A stretch of 64,000 bases of DNA from Selaginella moellendorffii (taxonomy: Eukaryota; Plantae; Lycopodiophyta). The notes under the pieces were generated by a model, which ran no database searches, was not told the DNA's origin, and saw only the letters and a program-made list of their open reading frames with translations. Position numbers and translations under genes: made by a program. The stretch covers positions 250,821 through 314,820 of the forward strand of contig NW_003314372.1 in NCBI RefSeq assembly GCF_000143415.4, in the 5' to 3' direction. Every line of letters begins with the position of its first letter. The first letter of the stretch is position 1. Positions 50,939 through 61,916 of the stretch are shown piece by piece.

Positions 50939-53190
50939 TGTTGCGAATGTGACTTCGGGTATCGAAAGTTACCTGTCGGCCAGTCCTTACGGACACTCTT
51001 TCCTTACTGCCACAATGGCAGGAGGTTGGTATTGCTGAACCCTTTATTACTCCCTCTTGTTAAAGTGTTAGTAAATTGGACTTTGCATCTGTACTTGGCC
51101 GGATGAGCATAAGGAAGGAATTCCTAAATGTCTATTTAACTAAGCATACTCGGCCCGGCTTGTTAGTTCTCTTTTGCTCTGTCTTGCATTGGCTTGACAA
51201 GAACCCTTGCATATTAAGATTGGTCCCTCAATATCGCTGGATGATAGCTTACCATGTTTGCCAAACACCCTCGCTATCATGCCCTTTGTGTTGGTCTCAT
51301 TTCGGTCCCAAATGCTATTTATGGAAAGTGTCTAGATTTGCTCATTTGGCATATCTACAAAATGTAGAGATCGGTCTGAACACAATGGTGTTCATCTTGT
51401 ATCCAAATTCACAATCTAGCGCCATTCCATATTTAGTAAGTTTCGAGTTTGTCCTAGAGACTAACTCTTGATACTAAGGGAGGCTTGGGGTGAAAGCCCA
51501 AAGCGTGTGTTCCTCAAGAGGGAGGGGGGGGGGAGGGGGGGGATATGGGGGGTTCCAAATGTATAGTAGGGATAGTGGGTAGGTTGGGCATGGCTGACCA
51601 ACTTAAGGCATAATCTAGCTCCCACTTGTGTGCTTGTCCTTGTTCTACATTCGGCTTGGGTCTAAGCCCAAATTCCATTCCATGTTAGCTGGTGGAGTAC
51701 CCATATCCTCACGTTAGGCCACTGGTATGCCGAAATAGCGCCAGACTCTGTTTGGCTCCATTTTGCGTGTTGGTCCTGCCATTGGGATGCTGGTTGCTCT
51801 ACGACTATTCCAAGTCGGTCTGGGCTCCTATCCCTTTGCTCCTTGGGCTGTATGCTTGGGAGTTGCTCCGTGGTCCGGTTCCATCACTCCTTGGCTCCAT
51901 GCTTGGGGGTTTGGCACCGTTCCTTCATTCAGTTGCCCAAGGCCTTGAACCTCGGGTTCTACACCACGTTCTTTTGGACACATGGCATCTGTCACGTGCC
52001 ACATGAAGGGTTTAGGTTCCGCTACGTGGTGTTATCCTATGGTAAATCACCATAGGATAAAGGGTCAAAACCACGTGCACTACATTTGGTATCAGAGGAT
52101 AAGTCTTTGCGAGTACTATCTAAATGAGATTGGGCAACTAGTCTTGTTGCATACGCAGAGATGAAAACGATGATCCAAGTGGGTATATGTTTCGGTGCAA
52201 AGACTTTGCAATTGTTCCTTGGGTATGGATTTGGTTACCTTTTTGTACCGTAATAACTTGAGTTTGCTCTTGGGCTCATAAGATGGATGTCAGATGTTCC
52301 ATTTACACGAGTTTACACTTGGGCTCGTGAGTGAGGCACATTAGCAATTCGAGGTTACACTTTGAGTTGGCAAGATTAATGTTAGCCTATCGGTGGTTCC
52401 TTGAGTTGTTCCATGTACCATAGGTGAAAGTAAACCTTCCCTAGGTTTACTATGAGTGGCAAATAGGCTGGTTCGTAGCTATTTAGCACGGCACTAATGG
52501 ATCCTTCCTAGGCATGATTACAAATGGATTAATCAAGACTATAGGGATTAATCTATTGGTTCAAGTAGTCTTTGCACTGCTCTCTCATAAACTTTTCTTA
52601 GATTGGACTGAAGGCAGTGCGAAAGCAAGCTTGAGGTTTAGTCAAAGATGAGGCCAAAAAGAGAGTCATCGGGGATGAAGGATTAAACACGTAAATCATT
52701 TTCTCTTCTTGGAGATATGATTTGCAACGAGGTGTTAATGATGAGATTGTTTAGTAGGGGATGAGCTTTAGCTTTTCCTTGAAACATGATTTAGTCGTGG
52801 ACTATACTAGCCTTACAAGAAAAAGAGTTAGTGATCGATATTGAATATTTGAATCTTTATTAGATTTGAGTTGGAATATATCGATCATTAATGATTTCTC
52901 TTGGGCTTGTTATGAAGTGAGTTACGTCTTGCTGTAGATGGATTCATGGAGGATCATTTAGTGATCACTTGTTGAGCATAGTTTCATTATACTTAGCTTT
53001 TGGATTGATGCAAACATGTTCTTCATTAGTTTTGGCATTATAAAATTTAACTTATGGATGTGTTGAGGGGGATATTGTGGGTTGTACCATGATTTTCTTC
53101 TTTAGTATTGAAGTTAGTTCATGCAAAAAGCTCTATTTCGTTCAAGTGGGAATTGTCATTATCCCACTTGTAAAATAAGGTTTCCAAACC
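50939..53190 (+). mobile_element. LTR family A 5' LTR (50939-52084), PBS (52087-52097) and decayed internal region
   Basis: TGTTGCG...CACTACA, 2-nt spacer, TGGTATCAGAG (tRNA-iMet PBS); right boundary approximate. Confidence 0.85.
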
Positions 53191-53569
53191 TTTATATAGT
53201 ATATAAATATAACAAAATTCAATTGCATTGAGGCACATGCCATTTTATTTTAAACAAGGAAATGTCTACTCAATCACTTCTCCTCCCCCTGCCACTGCTT
53301 CACCTCTCTCTTCTCCTTGTCATCGTCGTCCAATTTCTTTCCATCCTTTTAATATTGGCTCAGTTGCTCCGAGTCTAGGTGGAGCCCAAGTCCCCATTCA
53401 ATCTTTACTTTCCCCTTATTAATAAAACAACTTCGTAGACTTCCAATAACATGCTGTAACACTTCTAGTATAATGCAAATCCTCTCAAAGAATTGTCTTT
53501 TAATATTAATACAATGGCATGGAATCCCATGCCATAATAAGTTACATTTTTAAATAAATACATGCCATC

Positions 53570-56500
53570 TCAGACTGTTATTTTTTGCCTCCAACGCCTA
53601 TACAATAATCTTGGAATTTCATCACTCTCCACACTATCAGGATTTAAACCCAATAGTAATGCCATCTCTTCTCTAATACGTCCACGCTCATGTTCAGTGG
53701 TCGAAGAACCCATCCGGTTGAGCAGATTATGGAGATGCGGATAGTGCTTGGCTAGACAGTATACATGCCATAAATGATGACTGGTGTCTGTCCGATCAAA
53801 TGGCTTCTGATATACCGTTCCATCTGCCATTTGGTTGATTTCTGCAGCCACCTCCTGGACTAGCCGGTTCTCTATCACCATCGCTCCAAGCCGTTTTGCA
53901 AGGTCCCCCAGAACATACGGTTTCTTCTCCCTAGTTTCCATACTGCAAGAGATGGGGTGCACTGCATATGTGTGCGTGTTCGCTGCAGTTTTAATCGGCG
54001 AGTCATCGATGATGAGGATTTCACTTGAGCTAGCAGTCCGGTTCATCACTACAGCCTCTGGCTTGACGAAGATGGGCTTGCTACCCCTCACATGGACCAT
54101 AGTCAAGCAATCCTCCTGCGTTAGGAGAAAGTCAAATGGTAATATTACTCGCGTCTGATCGTGCATCATCTGTAGCAACGTTAATGCATTGTGGCGCATC
54201 ATGGATGTCCAAACTCCCAATTGCAAATTGAACCCGGCCCTCTGTTTTAAGTGTCGCATGGTCATTATTAGATCCCGCAGTTTCTCCCGTGTGATTAATG
54301 TGAATCTGTCTCTTTTGACCAACTTGCGACCGCAGGCTTTGGAGGGTGCAATGACATTCGAGGACGAGCCACGCTCATGGGAGAAAAGGACACCGTTCAG
54401 ATCAAAAACGATACAGTACCTTCGCCGTGACTCTGAAATGAAATGCGTCAGCATAAAAAATGGTACAAGTCAATTTTACCATCTACAATATTAGCATATG
54501 TTGCTCCCGATGGTCGTTGAGAGGGTTTTGGTCGAGGAAACGTGAAGGGCGGAAATACTCTCCTCTGCAATGTGGGGTCAATCGCATCCGATGGCGTGTG
54601 GGCACATGCCATTTCAGCTGTAGACTCTGGTACAACTGGCTCAACAATGGCATGGGGTGGTTCCGATGGCGTGTGATCACACGCCATTTCAGCTGGTGCC
54701 TCCGTTGGCAAAGTGGACATGACCGAACAGGCAGCAGGGGCGGTGTAGGGAGGTTCCAACGGCGCGTAGTCAGACGATTGGGCACACGTTGAGTCCGTTG
54801 GAAATGAGGATACGACCGGCTCGGCAGCTGGGGCGGCCTCATGTGGGTCCAATGGCGCCTGGTCACCGTCAGTTGGATACGTGGACAAGATTGACTCAGT
54901 GGTATGGGCAGCATCAAGTGGAGCGTGGTCAGCTTGCTTGGCGTTGATATGGATAGTAGCCTCCACCAGCTCTGATGACTCTTGCAGCCAAGTAGAGTCC
55001 ACTGGCGGATCCATATGCATGTCCAAATATCTCCCTTCGATTGAGATGGTATCCTCCCGTGCTACTAAAAACAAACTCATTAGCACATTGAATCAACTAT
55101 ACTGTATTTACCATCAACTGCTATTGAGGAACTAGGACTGATATCACTTGGGCGCACTGCTGATTCTGAAGGATTGGACATACGTTTTGACCCTTGCTTG
55201 GCACTATCCTTCCTTGACACTAAAGGCTAGAGTTTGTAAATTCAACTGAATAATCTCTACTTACCATTTGCTCTGCGACCTACATGGACAATGTTAGAAA
55301 TGGTAAAAGGTTAGGAATGGATGTACTATTATTTACCTGATGGTTTGTCTTGTATGACCTTCCTCCGCTGCTCTTTGGCCACCTTAGGCTGGCCATCGTC
55401 GTCATCATCGTCGTCGTCGTTATTGTGATCGTCACCATTGTGAGGACCATCCAAGTCCTCTTTGTCCTCCTCTTCGTCCTTCTGCTCTTCCTGCTCATTA
55501 TCTTTCTCTGGCTCCTCATCCCCCTCCTGCATTTCTTCCATAGGCTGCTCAGGCTGGATGGCTTGTTCTTCCAGGACCATCTTGGGAAAATCATCTGGCC
55601 GAGTCTCCATCTCAAAATACAAGACATCCATAGCCTGTTTTAGTGCGTGACCTAGGACCGTATCCTCACCCGACTGTCTTAACATGGTTTCTGCACGTTC
55701 TTGCACCCTTCGAAGACGACGAGATGAGAAAAACGTGGCCCTGACTTGAAAAGCATCCCTCATCCATTGTACCTCTCCATTGAGATTGGGGAAGGGGAGT
55801 CCGCCATAGGAATCTGAGTCATGAGGTGGTGACTGCCTGCTTTCACTCAGCCCTTGATCTGCAATGAATGGCATGAGCACACACGCCATAACCGCGAGGC
55901 ATTACCTATTATCTTTTTGTTGCCCTTCTTCCTTTTCGAATCAAACGCCTCTAATCTCGACGATTGTCCAACGTGCTTTCGCTTTTTATGACCACTGTCA
56001 GTTTGAGCTTGGCGGGTGCTTGCCTGTTTTGCCTTTGAAGAAGTTTCTCCTGCAAGGAATGGCATGAGACCACACGCCATTGCAAACATAATTTGTACCT
56101 CCTTTTTTCCTATTGCTTGTCTGTTTGTCCTTCTTCGATGCGCCACCAGTGCGCTTTTCAGTCCTTGTGTCTGAATATTCACAACGATCTATAATCAAAA
56201 TGGCGTGAGGCCTCACGTGACCTTACCTTGTGCAGGTTGTGAGCTCGGCCCAACATGGGTATCTTCAACAGTAGCTGTTAACGCCGTTTCAGCATCTGGG
56301 GGTGGCCACGCTCCTGCATACAGAGCTTGTGAGATAACATTTAAACTTAAAGTGTGTACTCACCAGGTTCGCAGAGAAGATACTGTTTTTCTTTGGCAAC
56401 TGTAATTATATGCTCCATTGAAGTCACCTCTTCAATGGAGTTTGTCACCGCAACACATGGGACACCCTTGAGTAGTGCGGCTCGAAAGAATAGTCCGCCA

Positions 56501-59158
56501 CAGTTGTACTCGACAACGCATTTGCCCTTGGAGTCGGAAGCAGGTGACCCACCCACTATTGCGTTGAAGACCCAGCTGAGCATTTCCCATGCTGCACCTG
56601 GAGCTTTCTTTGGATTCGAAAGCTCCATAGCCGTCTTCAGTTCCTCAGGCACGGGTAAATTGACCTCCCTCAGATCAATTCGATTGGCCTTGTCGAACGA
56701 AGCTGGGAAGTCACTCCAGTCCCACTCTGCTGTAGGACCAATAACAAGGGCGAGTGTGAAGATGCGGACATTCATCGGTATCTTCTTCTTAGCCATTATC
56801 CCATGGATCTCCCGCATCTCCTTGCCTTTCAACCGAGCCTTCACCGCGTTCAAGGCCTTCCAGAACTTGTGATAGGATTCGGAGTCGTAGATCATATAGT
56901 GGACTGAAGATTCCACCTCCGCAAGTCCCACCATTAAGTCAATGATGGAGCTGACTTCGTCTGCATGAGTGATCTCCTCGTTTGTGAAGTCCATCACACA
57001 AAAGATGTTCTTGACCTGCTCATCTCCACGGGAAACGATGCTCCTCCACCTTTGATCCTCATCCGAATTCAAGTATACCCGGTAAGGTTCTCGATAGGCC
57101 TCTGCTGCGGGGTCGAGCTGTTTCTGAAGCCGACGGTCGACATCAATCTTAATGAAATTTGGATACTGATCCAACTTCTCAGCTTTACTTTTCGTGGCAT
57201 CCCGCAGCAGATCGATGAACTTGGGGGCCCCCTTCACGTACTCGTCGATGTCTTCATTTGACAACTCCAGCGCTTCCATCATCTCTTGCGTGGTGTCGAT
57301 GCTCACCCTCTCCACGGCCACTTGCTCGAAGATCCAATCCTTCAATAGCGCATGAGCTCTCAGAGTCGTGCACAAGTCCTCGTATGTCACAATATGGCTG
57401 GGAGTCATTTTGGTCTTGTTGAAGACTACCTCACCACGTAGAAGAGCATTAGCCACTGTCAGAAGGTCGTCGTCGTCTAGAGACCGCGAGAAAAGCAAGG
57501 CGTTGAGCTTCAAATCATTGGGCTTCCGGCCGTCCTCCACACCCATTGAGTTTGGCAACTCCCCGTCATGGTACCTCCTCAGCACATCTACCCATTTGTC
57601 AAAAACAACTTTTGTCGCGAGTAGAATGTTATGGATGCTGAGTGTGTCATTGACCCCCAGTGTTTTCGAGAGAAGACTCGAGAATTCCTGCAATGGAAAT
57701 GGTGTGAGGCCACATGCTATGCCACATGCAACGAGGCTTACCTGCCAGGCGCTAGTTGCTAGTGCACGTCCTTGTCCTGGTTTTTGTGGCTTCTTCAGTT
57801 GAACCTAGAGCTTTCGTGTTCGTGCCAATGTCTCGTGCAGACCCGATTTGTAGCACGTTTCTTGCTTGACATTCTGCGCGTGGGAGATGTATATGATAGA
57901 TCGGAGGGGCGAGTTGCCTTTTATCAGGCGGACAACTCTTGTCTTGAAGACTTTCTTCACCTCCTCGCCCACCATAATATCCACAACTATCTCTTGCATC
58001 GCCAAGCTAGAATGCTGCCCAGAGACGGCATAGAACCGGATGTTCTGATCGTCCAACACCTTCCTATTGATCAAGTCTAGAAACCTCGTCTCGCCCTTCA
58101 TTGTTCGGTAGTAGGGGATCACGTTTGCGATGTCGGGTGTTACTGGACTTGCCAGCATCTTCTGCTTCAGTTTCTCCACCCACTCATCAGATACTAGCCT
58201 GTGGTTGTATTTGCTTTGGATGTCGATACGGCTCACGTCGATTGTATATACTTTGTTGGAATAGTAACAAGTACTATTATCTGCGACGATTTTTGCTACC
58301 TCTTCTTGCTCTTTCTGCTCTTTGCGGCTCTTCTTTTTGGTGGGTGTAGTGTTCGAACCCGAGGCAATGGCATCACTGAGTAGCTTCTTTTTTGGAGCAG
58401 GAGAGTCAGACGTCGGCTTGAGCTTGACCACCCTTTTCTGCTTCGAGGTAGTTTCCAGATCGACCCCCTTCCCCTTTGCTTCGCGAACTGGAGTCACTCT
58501 CAACGGCTCAATGTTGGAATATAGTTTTTGAACATCGCCGTAGGTGAGGTCTGTGGATTCCATGTGATCTTCATAGACCCGCAGCGTCTTTGAAATTGTG
58601 GGCCTCCTGGACAACCTCTCCCTAGCTCCCTCTAGGAATTCCTCATTGCTGCTGCCCCCCTCCGGGAAGCCGCTAGGATGTGCAAGGTGGATCTTGAAGG
58701 CAGACGCTGTCTCTACCACAAGTGCCAGTCCATATTCTTGCATGGAACTGCATGGAGTGTCTGTCACTTGGATGAGGATCCCCATGCATTCTTTTCTCCC
58801 ACCATCTGTGTTGTACAGCCTCAGATCCTCGCCTTCCATCCCGAAAGTCCAACTGGTGAGCTCCTCCCCCTTCTCTACATCCACATTGACAGTGGCTGGA
58901 AGAAGAACGCAATTCCTCGCCTGTTCAGAAATGCACAACAATTAGAGCTGACAGATGAAAAGCTAACGTGAATAACGTGAGGCCACACGCCATTCACCAC
59001 TGCATCAGATGTCTTGAGGCTGCATCCTAAGATGGCGTGAGGCTACACGCCATCTGTAACCGGACTGCACTCGAGAGCCCAATCGGTGCATGCCAATGTT
59101 GCTACTGAATGGCATGTGGCCTCATGCCATTTTCTACTTGGCCTAAAAGACTTACCAT
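53570..59158 (-). CDS. 11-exon ~1,640-aa protein: ParB/Srx-like + degenerate amino-MTase-like + charged linker + FCP1/NIF HAD phosphatase; one premature stop
   Basis: Exons 59158-59156, 58920-57742, 57687-56364, 56313-56227, 56188-56099, 56049-55906, 55858-55337, 55279-55265, 55219-55112, 55064-54480, 54432-53570 total 4920 nt, all GT-AG and frame-preserving; FYAVSGQHS; IVFDLNGVL, VWTS, IIDDSPIK; TAG at 57805-57807. Confidence 0.75.
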
Positions 59159-60392
59159 TTGAAGCCGAATGGAGGTGTGACAACCGGACTCACTGGCGAA
59201 TGTGCACTATGTGTGCAGCGGATCGTAGCAGCAAGGCTACTCTGCCACTTACAGTTGGAGAGTGGCGCTGAAATCTCCCGGGACGCCAAGTGGGCTGCGT
59301 GTGGGTGGCGGAGTGGGCGGCGGAGTTGGCGGCGAAGTTACAAACTGGGTGTGTCTTGAAGTGGATGCCGATGCACACGAGAAACCTGTAGAGAAGTGGG
59401 AGCGCGAGTGGGAGCGCGATGCGAGCGTGAGTGGGAGCGCGATGCGAGCGCGAGTGGGAGCGCGATGGGAGCGCGAGTGTGCGAGTGCGAGTACGAAGCA
59501 AAATGCAAAACCTAACCTCACACGCGCAAAATGTCACGACGGTTGGTAATCCCGCCACGTCATCATTTCTCGGACTTGGGTGCCACCATTAATTTCTGGA
59601 TCGGCGCGCGCATGCGTGAAATCCAAAAGAAATCCGCAACGTCATCATTCCTCGGACTGCATGCACGCGAAATCCAAAAGAAAGATCATGATTGGGATAT
59701 CATTTAATACCCTCGCTATATTTATACCATGCATGATTGGATATTCCAAAGCATCTTGTATTTCCAAAAATGCCAGATGTTCAGCTAAATAAATTGTCAG
59801 AGGATTTGATGTGACGTTCAAGCATGTGGGCTCATGCAATTTTGATCCCAAAAAATGCACCAAAAAATGCTCGGCGTCATCTGGCGTTATCTCTTGAATG
59901 GCGCGGGGCCGCATGCCATTTTCAGGAGCACATAGGAGTATATTCCTAGAATATTCTAACACGCGCGAGATTGTTTTGAGTTTCCTGGAGATCCAACCGT
60001 TAGATCGCAACTAAATTTTACAGAATGGTATACAATGTCCTTCTTGATGACCCTACAAAGAAGCATCTTGATCGGACACCACATGAGACCACACGAGCCT
60101 TACAATGTTTCAGGGGCATTTGCCATAGATCCGACCGTTATTTTGCTCCAAGATTCTACAGTTTGGTGTGCATTGACCTTTCCATCGACACTGCAAAGGG
60201 ACATCACAATCAGATGCGGGATCACAAGAAACCAACTTCACTAACTCTGGTTTCACCAAGATCTACGTAAGGAGTTATGAAATGAAAGGACCCTCTCTAT
60301 TGAAATGTGTTTATGGTCCTAGGGGCATTGTGACATATCAAAGGATTTTGCATCAAGTTCTGTATTTGCTTGTTTATCAAGCTACTGAATTG

Positions 60393-60425
60393 CTAAACCC
60401 TAAACCCTAAACCCTAACCCTAAAC
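60393..60425 (+). repeat. Short telomere-type (CCCTAAA)n array / telo-box cluster
   Basis: ctaaaccctaaaccctaaaccctaaccctaaac. Confidence 0.85.
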
Positions 60426-61545
60426 ATGTGGCAAATGCTGCGTGAAGAAAGATGCCCTTTCTGGGCAAATGCTGTAAGAGGCAAATTCCGAGCAGATGTA
60501 TCTCAGGCCAGCGAAGGGGACAAACGAAAGCTAGCTATAAACATGACGGGATGCAAATAGATTACTAGGCTGGTCCTGCGAAAATGAAAAACCATAATTG
60601 AAAACATTGAAAATGCAAAAAGAAAGGTTTATAATATTTTTGAATTTTAAGCAACCAAATGAATGTAAGTAGGGCATGTGTTTGTAAGTTTAAAAATGCC
60701 TCAACCACTTAAATTCCCAAGTAAATAAAGCTGTTTCTATTTTTGGTACAGGTAAACTTTATAGCGTGTGGGCTCATGCAATTTTGAACCCAAAAATGCA
60801 CCAAAAAATGCTCGACTAGCATTATTCTTTGAATGGCGTGTGGCCTTATATTGCCATAAATGGACGTACACACACAGCATAATTATTCCTTTACATGGCA
60901 AATAATCTTGGCGCGGATCGCTGACATGGCATGGCAAAGTTCGAATCACTGACATGGCACAGCTGGATCGAGGCAAGGACATGATGTGACAAAGTTCAAC
61001 CTCCGACAGCAAAGTCTAGAAGCTACTCAGTTTGAAATTTGTCAGAGGAATCATAAGATTTGGTTTGTCAGAGGATTTGATGTGACGTTCAAGCGTGTGT
61101 TATTTTTGAATTCTCGAACTCATTCCTAGGTCTATCATTTTTGTGCGCCGTGTTCTTGGTTCCGCTGAGCGCAGTGAGCGCTGCTTGTGTAAGCGGCGTT
61201 GTGAGCTGTGGTTTATGCGTCTACAAGCGGTTGCGGCATTGCGAGCGCCATTGCGAGCGGCAGTTTATGCGAGTGGCAGTTTGTGCGAGCGGCGCTACGA
61301 GCAGTTGCGGTGTTGCGAGCGGCGCTACGAGTAGTTGCGGTGTTGCGAGCGGCACTGTCTTTGGTGTGGCTACCGCTTCCTCTTGATATTCGGCACTTGA
61401 GCTTCCTGGTATGTTCACCATGGAATGGTTTAGGACCACATTTAGAAATGGCATGAGGCCACATGCCATCTTGGGCCCTTGCAATTTCATGGCTAGCGTA
61501 TTGTCATGTATGTTTTTACTTGCCTGCAGCTGTGTGTATATCAAG

Positions 61546-61737
61546 ATGGCATGAGGCCTCATGCCATCTTTGGCCCCTACTAGCCTATTGCCATATTCCT
61601 TTTGCCTTGCTGCAACTGTATATATTTTTGTATGGGTGACTAGTCACGCACACAAAAATATATATAGTTGCAACAAGGCAAAAGGAATATAGCAACAGGC
61701 TAGCAGGGGCCAAAGATAGCGTGAGGCCTCATGCCAT
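61546..61737. repeat. 192-bp loopless palindrome bounded by two 22-bp palindromes
   Basis: Centre GTGACT|AGTCAC at 61641/61642; arms pair end to end with mostly transition mismatches. Confidence 0.92.
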
Positions 61738-61916
61738 TAGTGGTACCACTAATGGCATGAGGGCTCATGCCAATTTTGTGAATGCGAAATTTCACGTGGG
61801 TGTCAATAGCATGTTTGAATAATGGCATGTGGCCTCATGCTATTTGGTATGTTATGATTTAGGCCATTCTCTAATCATTTTTTGTATGGTCTTAACTTCT
61901 TTTCTGCACTTTCAGA

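Noticed and set aside
52603-52620. TTGGACTGAAGG resembling the 5' part of miR319
   Set aside because: Match stops after 12 nt, no hairpin partner seen, and it lies inside a decayed retroelement
60393-60425. Chromosome end or interstitial telomere
   Set aside because: Only ~4.5 units inside a putative promoter region; better explained as telo-boxes
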